Positions 44,513-54,839 are shown, numbered from the stretch's first letter. The stretch is 64,000 nucleotides of DNA from Candidatus Iainarchaeum sp. (GCA_016202305.1 JACQPB010000039.1:6661-70660), one strand, 5' to 3'. Notes: a model not told the origin generated them from the sequence alone. Translations and numbers: made by a program.

Positions 44513-45232
44513 ATGCAATCCATAATCCTCGCAGGGGGACGCGGCACCCGCCTCGCGCCGATAACAGACGTCGTCCCGAAATGCCTCGTGGAAATAAAGG
44601 GCCGGCCCATGCTCGAATGGATACTCGAGAAAATAATCGCCGCAGGCATCAATGAAGTGAACCTCATAGTGGGATACAAACGCGAAATGATAGAGGAGCA
44701 CTTCGGCCCGGAATTCGAAGGCGTGAAAATAAACTACTTCCTGCAAAAAGAGCAGCTCGGCACCGCACACGCGGTAAGCCTCTGCGAAAGGCACATGAAA
44801 GGGGATTTCCTGCTCGCCAACGGGGACGTGATAATTGGCACACGTGAATACGAAAAACTCACGCGGGCCAGGACGAAGAGGCCGTGCGGAATAGTGCTCG
44901 CGAGGAAAGTCAGCGACCCGTCAAGGTTCGGCGTGCTGAAAGTGTCAGGCGCGGAAGTCGTGGACATAATCGAGAAGCCACGGCCGGGAAAAGAGCCGGG
45001 CAACATAGTCAGCACCGGCACCTACATGCTCGGAAAAGACATATTCGGCTCGGTAAGGCAGACCTCCCCGTCCAAAAGGAACGAATTCGAGATAGTCGAC
45101 TCGCTCCTCAACTACATCGCCACCGGAAAAAGCATAGAATACAGGATGTGCAAAGGGCCGATAGTGGACATATCGTCATTCGAGGACCTCGTGGCCGCGA
45201 ACAACCTCCCGGAAAAAGAATTCCCCCAATGA
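44513..45232 (+). CDS. sugar-phosphate nucleotidyltransferase (NTP-transferase domain)
   Basis: MQSIILAGGRGTRLAPITDVVPKCLVEIKGRPMLEWILEKI…EQLGTAHAV…. It is the last third of the long track ORF 43409..45232. Confidence 0.8.
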   Translation: MQSIILAGGRGTRLAPITDVVPKCLVEIKGRPMLEWILEKIIAAGINEVNLIVGYKREMIEEHFGPEFEGVKINYFLQKEQLGTAHAVSLCERHMKGDFLLANGDVIIGTREYEKLTRARTKRPCGIVLARKVSDPSRFGVLKVSGAEVVDIIEKPRPGKEPGNIVSTGTYMLGKDIFGSVRQTSPSKRNEFEIVDSLLNYIATGKSIEYRMCKGPIVDISSFEDLVAANNLPEKEFPQ

Positions 45233-45316
45233 ATGCGCGGCCGCGCGCAAGGCCGAATTCCCGGCGAAGCCCACAAAACGTAGCAGAATAAATATATGTT
45301 CCGGCCTTATGTAATC

Positions 45317-45760
45317 ATGAAATCCCAAGCCCTCATTCTAGGCATATTTTTAATGGCCGCCATTGTTCTTTCCGGATGCACAACCGCCCAGCAAGGAGCG
45401 CAGGGGCCTACAGGCCCGCAGGGTGAACGAGGAGCAATCGGCCCTTCTGGGCCTAGTGGAGCACAGGGTTTACCTGGAATTTCTGGATACGAAATTGTAA
45501 GAAAGGAGGTGAGCACTAGCAATAAACAATTTAAGATATTGAAGGTTGAGTGCCCACAAGGAAAAAAGGTTATTGGCGGAGGCTGTAGTTTCAGCGGAAC
45601 GGATGAAAGCTTAGTTATTGTGTCAAGCAACCCAACATATCCTAATTTGTCTTCAGGATACACGTATGGCTGGAATTGTGCTGGCCATAATCAATTCACC
45701 GATTTTCCGGGCTCTTTTGAACTTTGGGCGTTTGCAATCTGCGCAAATGTAGAATCGTGA
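45317..45760 (+). CDS. secreted/lipobox protein with a collagen-like G-X-Y tract and a Cys-containing C-terminal domain
   Basis: [21 protein letters not shown]… then [31 protein letters not shown] (about 10 uninterrupted GXY triplets). Confidence 0.55.
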   Translation: MKSQALILGIFLMAAIVLSGCTTAQQGAQGPTGPQGERGAIGPSGPSGAQGLPGISGYEIVRKEVSTSNKQFKILKVECPQGKKVIGGGCSFSGTDESLVIVSSNPTYPNLSSGYTYGWNCAGHNQFTDFPGSFELWAFAICANVES

Positions 45761-45762
45761 TT

Positions 45763-45918
45763 ATGGTGCCGAGGCTAAAGTGCTCCTTATTGGCCGTCTT
45801 TATTTTCTTATCCCTGAGCGGTTGCGCGCAAGACCCGACAATACAGGCCACTATCTATGTCGCCAGTGACAACGGCACCCCGGTTCAAGGCGCATCTGTC
45901 AGCGCATATTCACACTAG
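45763..45918 (+). CDS. small lipobox-type hypothetical protein (51 aa)
   Basis: MVPRLKCSLLAVFIFLSLSGCAQD…. Short, with weak support. Confidence 0.25.
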   Translation: MVPRLKCSLLAVFIFLSLSGCAQDPTIQATIYVASDNGTPVQGASVSAYSH

Positions 45919-45965
45919 CCTTGTACCAAGACAGACATTACAACAAGTAGCGCTATATGCAAAAA

Positions 45966-46649
45966 TCAAGTCCTGAAAACCTGCCCCGGCTTCATGATCA
46001 CTGGAACTGTCTTCAGTATGCTGTTCTCGATGCGCGCCTTGAAATCCATCGGGTCGGCGGCAATTGACTCGAAGGAATTGTAGTGCATCGGTATCACATA
46101 CTTCGGCTTCATCGTCTTGGTGGCCCTCACCGCATCAACGACATCCATCGTGGAGCTGCCGCCAATCGGCAATATCGCGACATCGCTCTTTATCTCGGAG
46201 AACGAGTCCATCAGCGCGGTGTTGCCGGCAAAGAAAAGCGTTTCGTCGCCTTTCGTGAACTCGAAGCTCAGGGGATAGAACGAGTTCGGGTAATGCGCGC
46301 CGCGCACAGAAACCAAAATCCCGCGCATGTTGAACCTGTCCCCCACTTTCACCGCATGCTTCAGGTGCGAAGGGATGTTGAGGTCGTTCAGCACGGACTC
46401 GTGCCCCACGACCATTGCGCTGTCGCGCCCCGCAACGAGCTCCACGAGTTTCCTGTCAAAATGGTCGAAGTGCTCGTTGCTTATGAAGACCGCGTCAATG
46501 CCGGTTATCCTGTCAGGGGAAACCGGGCACTTCACGGCACACTTCACGCTGTTTTCCCCCTGCGGCAATTCTATGAAAGGATCCACAAGGATGCACACAC
46601 CGGGAAAAGTGATTTTAAAGAACGAGTGCCAGAAAAATTGTATCTTCAT
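45966..46649 (-). CDS. metal-dependent hydrolase, beta-lactamase fold (UPF0173-like)
   Basis: MKIQFFWHSFFKITFPGVCILVDPFI…IDAVFISNEHFDHFD…. ATG at 46649 is preferred over the 46775 extension. Confidence 0.7.
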   Translation of the reverse strand: MKIQFFWHSFFKITFPGVCILVDPFIELPQGENSVKCAVKCPVSPDRITGIDAVFISNEHFDHFDRKLVELVAGRDSAMVVGHESVLNDLNIPSHLKHAVKVGDRFNMRGILVSVRGAHYPNSFYPLSFEFTKGDETLFFAGNTALMDSFSEIKSDVAILPIGGSSTMDVVDAVRATKTMKPKYVIPMHYNSFESIAADPMDFKARIENSILKTVPVIMKPGQVFRT

Positions 46650-46792
46650 ATTACCACGGGACAATGAATAGAGGAAACTTTTGGTATTTAAGTCTTTCCC
46701 GGAGAGAAATAGCCGAAAATCAGGAAAATTATGCGCATTCCGCCAGGAAAGGCCGCACATTGCATGGCCAAGCAAGGTTTAATTAAACTTCA

Positions 46793-47599
46793 ATGGATTA
46801 TTTTAGCATGAAGAAATGCGCGGCCCTGCTGGCAATCGCCATGATTCTCATCATTTCTGCGCCCGGCTTTGCAGTGAAACTGAAAAACGTACAGATAACC
46901 GTAAGCCTCGACAATGAAGGGAAAGGCAGTGTCACGGAGAGTTACCAACTCGAATTCGAAACCCTTTCAGAAGTGCAGAGCTTTGAGAAGACCGCCAGGG
47001 AAAACTCCTCGAGCCTCAGGGCATGGGAGGCTGACTATGGCTTTTTCTATCCACACTTCGAAAAGCCCCTCGGCGGAATAAAGGATTCCACTTCAATAAG
47101 CGTCAGCGAAGAATCCGGCAACATCACGCTCAAGTATTCGCCCAATGAAACATTCGCGCGCATCGAAGGAAGGGAGCAGAGGAGCGACGTCTATGCCATT
47201 GACTACAGGCAGCTCCAGCAGTTCAATGCCGGCGGCACCATAGTGATACCGGAAAACACCACAATCAATATAGTCCTGCCGAGCAACTCGGAAATCAATG
47301 CTGCAAAGCTTCCCCCGAAAGCCTCGGTGAACGGGAACACTGTCACGCTGACAGGAATACAGAGCAACTCCATCACGGTGGAATACCGCGTGTTCAAGCC
47401 AATCGCCCCGAGAAGCGACGACCTCGTGTACCAGATATCGAACTGGTACATACTCTTCCCCGCAGTGCTGATAATACTTGGCATACTTTACCTGAAGCGC
47501 GAGGAAATAGAGGAGAAGATTGAGTCATATCTCGTGGAGCACTCCGATATGAGCGGAAAGCAGAAAACCGACAAGGATTTCGAGCTGAAGATGGACTGA
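46793..47599 (+). CDS. hypothetical secreted protein with a C-terminal TM anchor (268 aa)
   Basis: Signal MKKCAALLAIAMILIISAPGFA. C-terminal helix WYILFPAVLIILGILYL. Confidence 0.5.
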   Translation: MDYFSMKKCAALLAIAMILIISAPGFAVKLKNVQITVSLDNEGKGSVTESYQLEFETLSEVQSFEKTARENSSSLRAWEADYGFFYPHFEKPLGGIKDSTSISVSEESGNITLKYSPNETFARIEGREQRSDVYAIDYRQLQQFNAGGTIVIPENTTINIVLPSNSEINAAKLPPKASVNGNTVTLTGIQSNSITVEYRVFKPIAPRSDDLVYQISNWYILFPAVLIILGILYLKREEIEEKIESYLVEHSDMSGKQKTDKDFELKMD

Positions 47600-47671
47600 C
47601 AGCGGGAACGCCGGTTGAACTATGGCAATGGCCTAACCATGATGGATGCATTCCTGCCACGGCAGGAACAC

Positions 47672-48097
47672 TTAACCCTGTTTTCCGGCTGCGCCGGCTT
47701 TACGGCTTTTTATTTCCCTGTGCGCTACACCCCTGAAAGGAGCGCCCATCCTCGAAAGGATGTTCTGCACGGCATAATCATCGGTCAGCACGATGAAGCC
47801 CTGCCCGCGCGCGAGGAACTCGGAAGCGAGGGCAATCAGGGAAATGTCTGCACGGCTCAGGCACCTGGAAAGGCCCGAGGACTTGGCAATGGTCTTCTCC
47901 ACTGAAATGCCGCAAGGGTCCTGTATGGAAAGCAGCCCCTGGGAAAACGCGTTCTCCGCAAGCATCCTGCTCCTCATGTCCCGCCACTCGGCAAAGACTT
48001 CCGAAGTGGTGAAATACAGGTTCCCGGGCTCGAACGAGAAATTCTCGTTGTTGAAAAGAGCCGGGGAGTCCAGTATGAAAACCTTCTTTTTTGGCAT
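47672..48097 (-). CDS. PIN-domain protein (Nob1-like, lacking a zinc ribbon)
   Basis: MPKKKVFILDSPALF… and …FIVLTDDYAVQNIL… match the PIN acidic pattern of Nob1-type nucleases. Confidence 0.5.
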   Translation of the reverse strand: MPKKKVFILDSPALFNNENFSFEPGNLYFTTSEVFAEWRDMRSRMLAENAFSQGLLSIQDPCGISVEKTIAKSSGLSRCLSRADISLIALASEFLARGQGFIVLTDDYAVQNILSRMGAPFRGVAHREIKSRKAGAAGKQG

Positions 48098-48158
48098 ATG
48101 CAGGAATTGCCAATCCTACGTTTTTAATTCTATTGATTCATTATATGGAAGTGGTTCC

Positions 48159-49637
48159 ATGGACCTGAGGACCGTCGCTTCATCGCTCAGCGACATAGAA
48201 AAAAAGACTCTCACGGCGCTCTCCGGGCAGGAAAAGACGCCCGAGGAAATAGCCAACGAGGCCGGAATGAACACCGACTCTTCGCGCAGGGCGGTACAAT
48301 GGCTCATGGAGAAGGGGCTTGCGGGCGTCTCGGAAATCAAATCCGGCAAAATCATCTTTACACCCCTCGGCGAGAAATACTTCAGGCACGGCCTGCCTGA
48401 AGAAATGATACTTGCATCCCTGCACGGAGGAGCAGGCACGCTGGAATTCCGTGAAATAATGGAAAGAAACAACATGTCGAAAGAGGAGTTCAGCGCAGGC
48501 CTCGGAAAAATCAAGCCAAAGAATTTCGTCGCGGTTGTTACGGAGGCGAATGACGCGGGAGGGAAAACCGCGAAACTCTCGCTCACGGAAGTTGGAAAAT
48601 CCTATGACCCGCAGGATAACCGGGAAAGGAAGGCCATGGAGGAGATTGCCGCCAAGGGAAACGCGCAGGACAGGGAAGCGCTGAAAGAGCTGCGCATGCG
48701 CGGCATCTGCTCGGAGAAAGAGGAAACCACCAGGAAGGTTTCCATCACCAGGGAAGGAGAAGCCGTGAAAACGCTCCCGGAATTTTCCATGCAACGGGCC
48801 TACAACGTCCTCGACCCCGTGCCGCGGATGCACATAGGGAAGAAGCAGCCATATGTGCAATTCCTGAACATCATAAGGCGCAAGCTCACCGAACTCGGAT
48901 TCGTGGAAATGGAGGCGCCGCTCATCGTGCATGAATTCTACAATTTCGACGTGCTTTTCCAGCCCCAGAACCACCCCGCGCGGACATGGACAGACACCTA
49001 CAGGCTCAAGGCACCGGAGCACGGCAGGCTCGCCGACAGGAAGAGCGTGGGAGCCGTGAAAGCCGCGCACGAAACGGGCGGTGTTTCGGCATCGAGCGGA
49101 TGGAAATACACATGGCTCGAGGAAATAGCCTCGAAAGTCATGCCCACGGCACACGGCACCGCGCACAGCGGGAGACAGCTCACGAAAGGCGTGCGGGTGC
49201 CCGGCAAGTACTTTGCAATAGCGAGGTGCTTCAGGCCGGATGTCCTGGACGCGACGCACCTGATAGAATTCAACCAGATGGACGGATTCATAATAGGCGA
49301 AGACCTCAATTTCACGCACCTCCTGGGGATGCTCGAGCAATTCGCGCGCGAGATTGCAGGCGCCAGTGAAGTGAAGTTCATACCGGATTATTACCCTTTT
49401 ACAGAACCCAGCTGTCAGCTTTCGGCGAAACACCCCAAACTCGGCTGGATAGAGCTCGGAGGCGCAGGCATGTTCAGGCCGGAGATACTCGAAAACCTCG
49501 GCATAAAAGGGCAGGCCATCGCGTGGGGGATAGGGATAGACAGGCTCGCTATGTTCAAGCTCGGGATAAATGACATAAGGCACCTCTTTTCGGACAACCT
49601 CGAGTGGCTGAGGAAAACGCCGCTCGTGATGGAGTGA
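48159..49637 (+). CDS. pheS: phenylalanine--tRNA ligase alpha subunit
   Basis: …FQPQNHPARTWTDTY…, …MPTAHGTAHSGRQL…, …FAIARCFRPD…, …FNQMDGFIIGED…, …GAGMFRPEILENLG…. The ATG at 48159 is in frame within track ORF 47793..49637. Confidence 0.9.
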   Translation: MDLRTVASSLSDIEKKTLTALSGQEKTPEEIANEAGMNTDSSRRAVQWLMEKGLAGVSEIKSGKIIFTPLGEKYFRHGLPEEMILASLHGGAGTLEFREIMERNNMSKEEFSAGLGKIKPKNFVAVVTEANDAGGKTAKLSLTEVGKSYDPQDNRERKAMEEIAAKGNAQDREALKELRMRGICSEKEETTRKVSITREGEAVKTLPEFSMQRAYNVLDPVPRMHIGKKQPYVQFLNIIRRKLTELGFVEMEAPLIVHEFYNFDVLFQPQNHPARTWTDTYRLKAPEHGRLADRKSVGAVKAAHETGGVSASSGWKYTWLEEIASKVMPTAHGTAHSGRQLTKGVRVPGKYFAIARCFRPDVLDATHLIEFNQMDGFIIGEDLNFTHLLGMLEQFAREIAGASEVKFIPDYYPFTEPSCQLSAKHPKLGWIELGGAGMFRPEILENLGIKGQAIAWGIGIDRLAMFKLGINDIRHLFSDNLEWLRKTPLVME

Positions 49638-49643
49638 ATCGGA

Positions 49644-51299
49644 ATGCCGACAATAGAGTTCAGCAAAAAGGACATGGAAAGCCTCCTTGGGAAAAAACTT
49701 TCGTGGAACGAGCTCGAGGATGCCCTCATGTACGTCAAGGGGGAAATTGACGCAAAGGACGGCGACAACGTAAAAGCCGACGTCAAGGAAACGCTTCGCC
49801 CCGACATCTGGAGCGCCGAGGGCATAGCCAGGGAACTGCGGGCCCGCACGGGCATGGAAAAAGGCCTCCCGAAGTACAAGGCAGCAAAGGCAAAAATATC
49901 CTGCACCATAGAGAAGAGCGTCGAGAAGGCCAGGCCTTTCATTGCATGCGCAGTGATAAGGGACGTGAAAGTCACGGACGATTTGCTGCTGCAGATGATA
50001 CAGCTCCAGGAAAAAGTCGGCACCACGTTCGGCAGGAAGAGGAAAGAGGCAGGGATAGGGCTGTATGACTTCGACAGGATGACGCCGCCGATATATTACA
50101 GGGGCTGCAGGGATGACGAGATAGAGTACATACCCCTGGACTTCAGGGCGAAGATGCGCCCGAGCGAGATACTCGCCGAGCACCCAAAAGGGAAGGAATT
50201 CGGACACTTGCTGAAAGGCTCGGACCTCTATCCTATCGTCATTGACTCCGCAGGGGTTGTCGCCTCCATGCCCCCGATAATAAACTCCGAAGCCACTGGG
50301 AAAGTGACGGAAAAAACCCGGAACATATTCATAGAGTCGACAGGCTACGACTGGGAAAAGGCCAACATTGCGCTGAAAGTCATGTGTATGGCCCTCGCGG
50401 ACAGGGGAGGAAAGATAGAGGCTGTGAAGATAAACTTCCCTAAAACCGGAGCATACCCCAAGAGCCCGGCGGAAACACCGTTCTTCATGACAAAAAGCAT
50501 AGAAGTGGAGCCGGTGCACGTCAGGAAAATCAGCGGCCTGGACATAAGCGACAAGGAGATGATTGTGCTCCTGGAGAAGGCGAAATATTCCGTTAAAAAG
50601 AAAGGCAAGAAGCTCAGGCTCGAATACCCGGACTACAGGAACGACATCATGCACCCTGTTGACGTAGTGGAGGACATACTCATAGGATACAATTACAACA
50701 GGATAAGGCCGCAGCGCCCCAAAATGAGCGTGATTGGCGAGGAGCGGAAAGAGACTTCCTACCTCGACAAGGCACGCGACGCCTGCGTCGGCCTCGGCCT
50801 GCAGGAAGTACTCACATTCAACCTCACCTCGCGCGAAAAACAGGAAACCATGGCTGGCCTCGGCAGAGAGGAATACGTGGAAATAGCCAACCCTGTTTCC
50901 GCGAACTGGAGCATACTGAGGAAAAGGGCCTATCCGGAACTCCTTGAGTTCCTGGGAAAGAACAGGGGCGTTGAATACCCCCACAGGATATTCGAAATAG
51001 CCACGACGCTAGAGATTGACAATTCCACGGACACGAAAACGAGGGAGAGAAAAAAACTGTGCATAGCGCTCGCGGGAAAAGGATACGGGTTCACGGTCAT
51101 CAAGTCAATATTCGAGGCGGTGTGCCGCGAACTCGGAAAGAAATGCTCGCTGAGTGAAACCACGCACCCATCCCTCACGGCAGGCAGGGCCGCCGAGATA
51201 AAGGGCGACTCCTCCGGCTTCATCGGGGAACTCTCGGACAAGGTGCGGGCAAACTTCGGCATAGAGCAGCAGGTAATACTCCTCGAAATGGAACTGTGA
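49644..51299 (+). CDS. pheT: phenylalanine--tRNA ligase beta subunit (archaeal type)
   Basis: MPTIEFSKKDMESLLGKKLSWNELEDALMYVKGEID…ETLRPDIWSAEGIARELR…. It follows pheS by 6 nt. Confidence 0.9.
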   Translation: MPTIEFSKKDMESLLGKKLSWNELEDALMYVKGEIDAKDGDNVKADVKETLRPDIWSAEGIARELRARTGMEKGLPKYKAAKAKISCTIEKSVEKARPFIACAVIRDVKVTDDLLLQMIQLQEKVGTTFGRKRKEAGIGLYDFDRMTPPIYYRGCRDDEIEYIPLDFRAKMRPSEILAEHPKGKEFGHLLKGSDLYPIVIDSAGVVASMPPIINSEATGKVTEKTRNIFIESTGYDWEKANIALKVMCMALADRGGKIEAVKINFPKTGAYPKSPAETPFFMTKSIEVEPVHVRKISGLDISDKEMIVLLEKAKYSVKKKGKKLRLEYPDYRNDIMHPVDVVEDILIGYNYNRIRPQRPKMSVIGEERKETSYLDKARDACVGLGLQEVLTFNLTSREKQETMAGLGREEYVEIANPVSANWSILRKRAYPELLEFLGKNRGVEYPHRIFEIATTLEIDNSTDTKTRERKKLCIALAGKGYGFTVIKSIFEAVCRELGKKCSLSETTHPSLTAGRAAEIKGDSSGFIGELSDKVRANFGIEQQVILLEMEL

Positions 51300-51413
51300 A
51301 TGCAGGCGCCCAGATTCAAAATAATCGAAATAAAATACAAAAAGCAATTAAAGAATTTGCCGACATGCATGTTTTTAATATGTATAGTATGTAAAAAGTA
51401 GGTAGGTGGCTTT

Positions 51414-51680
51414 GTGTACGAAGGAATCACTTCGGTAGGCGAACGCGGACAGATAACTCTTCCAAAGGCCGTGCGGACAGCCAAGGGGATAAAATCCAAG
51501 GACAAGGTCATTGTGAAAATTGAAGACGAAAAAATAACAGTGGAGAAGGCAATGAGCCGCAAGGAAAAAGACAAGCTCATGGAAGAAGGCTACAAGAAGC
51601 TCGCGGCCATAGGGCTTTCCATAGAGGATGAAATGAAATACACCAGCAAAGAGTCGGACAGGTTTTTGGATGACTATTAA
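51414..51680 (+). CDS. AbrB/MazE-type antitoxin
   Basis: …VGERGQITLPKAVRTAKGIKSKDKVIVKIEDEKITVEK…. It overlaps the mazF-like start by 11 nt. GTG start. Confidence 0.7.
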   Translation: MYEGITSVGERGQITLPKAVRTAKGIKSKDKVIVKIEDEKITVEKAMSRKEKDKLMEEGYKKLAAIGLSIEDEMKYTSKESDRFLDDY

Positions 51681-52014
51681 GCGCGGCAATGTTGTGCTTG
51701 TTGACCTTGAGCCGGTGAAAGGCTCCGAGCAGGGCAAGACAAGGCCATGCCTCATAATCCAGAACAACAAGGGCAACGAAGTCAGCCCTACCACAATCAT
51801 TGCCGCAATCACTTCAAAAGCAGAAAAGGAGTACCCATTCACGGTGCATGTGACGGCGGGTGACGGCAACCTGCCAAAGGATAGTGCAGTTCTTTGCAAT
51901 CAAATCAGGACAATTTCCTCAAAAGACAGAATCATAAAAACTCTCGGTTCATTGAAACCCGAAATAATGAAAAAAGTGGACACAGCCCTTAAAACGAGCA
52001 TGGCATTGGATTAG
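51670..52014 (+). CDS. mazF: MazF/PemK-family endoribonuclease toxin
   Basis: IKRGNVVLVDLEPVKGSEQGKTRPCLIIQNN…TIIAAITS…VLCNQIRTISSKDRI. Confidence 0.85.
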   Translation: MTIKRGNVVLVDLEPVKGSEQGKTRPCLIIQNNKGNEVSPTTIIAAITSKAEKEYPFTVHVTAGDGNLPKDSAVLCNQIRTISSKDRIIKTLGSLKPEIMKKVDTALKTSMALD

Positions 52015-52101
52015 AAATACCTTCAAAAGCTCAGTTTTTCGATTCGTCTCCGCCATAAATGGCCATGGTTCTCCCGGTCGATAGCCCGCTGATGCCAATC
52101 A

Positions 52102-53481
52102 TCAAAACAGCCTTGTCTGCCCCGCACCCTCATGAGCGTCTGCCTTGGACTCTTCTTTTTCCGGGCTTTCCGGCGCGGGAGAAACCTGCGCCAGGAACTT
52201 CGGCCTTGCACCCTCTTCCCTGATTGCGGCAGCCTCTTCGAGAACGGACTGCACTTTCTTCGTGTCGGGACCCGCATCAAGGAGGAAAGCTATTTCCTTC
52301 TCGTCGAGGCCGAAAGATGCGGAAAGCGCGACAGCATTTTCCCTGCTCCTGAAAACAAGCTTGAGGAAAGGCAGGTCGGATGAAATCACCTTCCTCGCGG
52401 AAGAGTTCGTCTTCCCCCCGATTTTCAGGCCGAGCCCCTTCTTCAAGGCCCTCAGGCCGGATGTCCGTGACAGCATCGAAAGGAGGCCAGGAAACTGGTA
52501 CATCACGAAATCGTAAGACGGCTTCCTCTTAGAGAGCGCGACGCCCTCGCACGCGAGCCCCGTGCTGTACCTCAGGAAGCCCCAGTTCTGCCGCCTGTAA
52601 ATCCTGCCGTTGAATATATCGGCACGCGAAAGCCTGTCAAACGCCAGCGCTATGTCACCCACATCACTGTACTGCCTCGGGATGTTCTCCTCCACCCAGT
52701 TGAACAGCATTTCCGAGGAAAGGTCCGACTCCATGCGCGCATCCCGCGCCCCTGCGAAGCTGTCGCCCTTGAAAATAGCCTTCATGACGCTGAAAACCTT
52801 CTGCTGCCTCTCGCGCGACGAAACTAGCGACACGCCGGAATTAGTGACCCTGCTGCCCATGGCGAGAGTCTGCAAATCCAGGAGCGCAGAACGCATGTCG
52901 CCGCCGCAGCCCCTGGCAAGGCCCTTCACAGCGCCCTCCTCGGCCTGAGAGCCCTCGGCGGAAAGTATCTCTTCAAGGCGCTTCGCAATCGAAAGGTAAT
53001 TTATCTTCTTGAACTCTAAAGCCCTGCATATGAACCGCAGGGCCGAAACAGATTTGTCGGAAAAAATGTCCGTCGCCGTGAGGATGACCGGGTTGCACGA
53101 GTCCTTTATCAAGGAAGAAATTGCGGAAGCCCCACCGCGGTCCTCCCTGCTGAGCGCATCCACCTCGTCTAGCAATATGAGGCGCTTCGAGCCGAAGAAA
53201 GCCATGTTCTGCGATGCCGCGCCCACGATTCGCTCTATCGCGGCCTTCGAGCGCAGGTCCGAGCTGTTCAGCTCCACGACCTGCCAGCCCAACCCGGCCG
53301 CGAGAAGATAGGCGAGGCACGTCTTCCCAGAACCAGTCTGGCCCCACAGGAGAAGCGGCGGCTGCCTCTCCCCGGAATCCCACTTCTTCGCCCACGCGAA
53401 CGCCTGCTCCACGATCTCGGAATTCCCGATGAATTCCGCGGCGCTTTTCGGGAAATACTTCTCGGGCCACAGCTGAGACAT
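52102..53481 (-). CDS. rfcL: replication factor C large subunit
   Basis: MSQLWPEKYFPKSAAEFIGNSEIVEQAFAWAKKW…PPLLLWGQTGSGKTCLAYLLA…LILLDEVDAL…. ATG at 53481. Confidence 0.8.
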   Translation of the reverse strand: MSQLWPEKYFPKSAAEFIGNSEIVEQAFAWAKKWDSGERQPPLLLWGQTGSGKTCLAYLLAAGLGWQVVELNSSDLRSKAAIERIVGAASQNMAFFGSKRLILLDEVDALSREDRGGASAISSLIKDSCNPVILTATDIFSDKSVSALRFICRALEFKKINYLSIAKRLEEILSAEGSQAEEGAVKGLARGCGGDMRSALLDLQTLAMGSRVTNSGVSLVSSRERQQKVFSVMKAIFKGDSFAGARDARMESDLSSEMLFNWVEENIPRQYSDVGDIALAFDRLSRADIFNGRIYRRQNWGFLRYSTGLACEGVALSKRKPSYDFVMYQFPGLLSMLSRTSGLRALKKGLGLKIGGKTNSSARKVISSDLPFLKLVFRSRENAVALSASFGLDEKEIAFLLDAGPDTKKVQSVLEEAAAIREEGARPKFLAQVSPAPESPEKEESKADAHEGAGQTRLF

Positions 53482-53657
53482 GAAAATAATCCATGCGGAA
53501 GAGAATAAAACAGGAACCACGGCCGATGCAGCCCCGCAACACACACCATTCCCTGTTTACATGGCTTTTGACGGCCTTGGCGCACGCCGCCGGAAAAATA
53601 CGCCACGGAAAACACGCGGCCTGGCCAATCGTGCCCCTGAACCGCGGCGGAGAGACA

Positions 53658-54821
53658 CTACGCCTTCTGAAGAAGCGATTCAATCTCCTTCAGCAGGAAA
53701 TTCCCCGGAACCAGCGAGGAATACTCCTTGGTCTTCCCCCTGTTCCCGAGCGTCACCGACTTTCCGGCCACGAGGCCGCGCTTCTCAAGAGTGGAAAGAA
53801 TGGTGCGCAGGCGCCTCTCCTTCAGGGCGCCGGAATCAGAGCCGGAATAAGAATCGTAAATGCTTCCCGAAGTCATGGGCTGCCTCTCCGCTATTATCTT
53901 CAGCAACCTCAACTCATCCTTCTCCAGGTACTTCAAAGACTTGAGCATAGAAACCGCGTCGACATCATCGAACGCCTGTCTCAGGTGCACGGTGCCGACA
54001 GCCTTGGAGTTGGAACGCTCCGCAATCCTCCCTGCCTTCAGCAGCGATTCGAGCGCAACCCTGGCATCACCGCCCAGCCTGGCGGCATGGGCCGCGGCAA
54101 CGCCTATGACTTCAGCCGGCAATGCGCCCTTCGCAAAGGCCAAAACGGCCCTTTCGGAAAGAATGGCCTTCAGCTGCTCCGGCGAATACGACTCGAAAAT
54201 AACCGCCTCTTCGGTAAGCGAGCTCCTTATGCGGGAATCGAGCCTCGAAACCAGGGAAACGTCATTCGAAATCAGCACCAGGCCTATGTGCCGCTTCTCG
54301 TACTCCATCACGCGAAGGAGGTCGTAAAGCAGCTTAGCGTTTGCCTCTGAAAGAAGAATCTGGTCCACCTCGTCAAGCACCACAACAGGCGTGAACCCGC
54401 ACTTGCGCAGCGACTCAAGCATGTCATTGAATATCTCGTCGGTTGCGAGGCCGCGTCGCGGAACCGCGGAGCCGAGGAAATTCGCAATCGCGCTGAGGAC
54501 GGACACACGCGAATTGTACTCGAAACAGTTGAGGTAAAGGCTTTTCACCGAGCCTGACTCCTCCTGAAGCTCGCGCAGGACATACTTGGCGCACGCGGTC
54601 TTCCCGACGCCTGTCGGGCCAGCGAGGAAAACATTCAGCGGCTTCCTGCCCGCGAGGAGCGGCTCGAAGCAGTACGCGAGCGACTTCAGCGCCTTATCCC
54701 TGAAAGGCAGCTTTTCCGGAATGAAATCCGGATACAGAAAACGCTCGTCGAGGAAAATCCCGTGCTCCCTCACCTGCGCCGAAAACAGTTTTCCCATGAA
54801 TAAGTGTATGCCATTTGCCAT
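53658..54821 (-). CDS. cdc6: Orc1/Cdc6 replication initiator
   Basis: …LYPDFIPEKLPFRDKALKSLAYCFEPLLAGRKPLNVFLAGPTGVGKTACAKYV…VVVLDEVD… plus a C-terminal winged helix (…TILSTLEKRGLVAGKSV…). Confidence 0.9.
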   Translation of the reverse strand: MANGIHLFMGKLFSAQVREHGIFLDERFLYPDFIPEKLPFRDKALKSLAYCFEPLLAGRKPLNVFLAGPTGVGKTACAKYVLRELQEESGSVKSLYLNCFEYNSRVSVLSAIANFLGSAVPRRGLATDEIFNDMLESLRKCGFTPVVVLDEVDQILLSEANAKLLYDLLRVMEYEKRHIGLVLISNDVSLVSRLDSRIRSSLTEEAVIFESYSPEQLKAILSERAVLAFAKGALPAEVIGVAAAHAARLGGDARVALESLLKAGRIAERSNSKAVGTVHLRQAFDDVDAVSMLKSLKYLEKDELRLLKIIAERQPMTSGSIYDSYSGSDSGALKERRLRTILSTLEKRGLVAGKSVTLGNRGKTKEYSSLVPGNFLLKEIESLLQKA

Positions 54822-54839
54822 ATTAAAAGTGACCCCTCC

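Noticed and set aside
43409-45232. 607-aa plus-strand ORF spanning rnz and the nucleotidyltransferase
   Set aside because: The first two thirds are an Arg/Pro/Gly-rich out-of-frame overlay of the genuine RNase Z gene (43539..44468). Only the part from ATG 44513 (MQSIILAGGRGTRL…) is a real protein.
47793-48158. N-terminal 122-aa extension of the pheS ORF
   Set aside because: It is antisense to the PIN-domain gene and compositionally odd. The PheRS-alpha homology begins near MDLRTVASSLSDIEKK at 48159.
48180-50984. 934-aa ORF on the minus strand, the longest 'gene' in this part of the track
   Set aside because: It lies entirely antisense to pheS and pheT, which have unmistakable family motifs. 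Its translation is H/R/F/V/L-rich with no recognisable domain. It is a stop-free shadow frame of GC-rich coding DNA.
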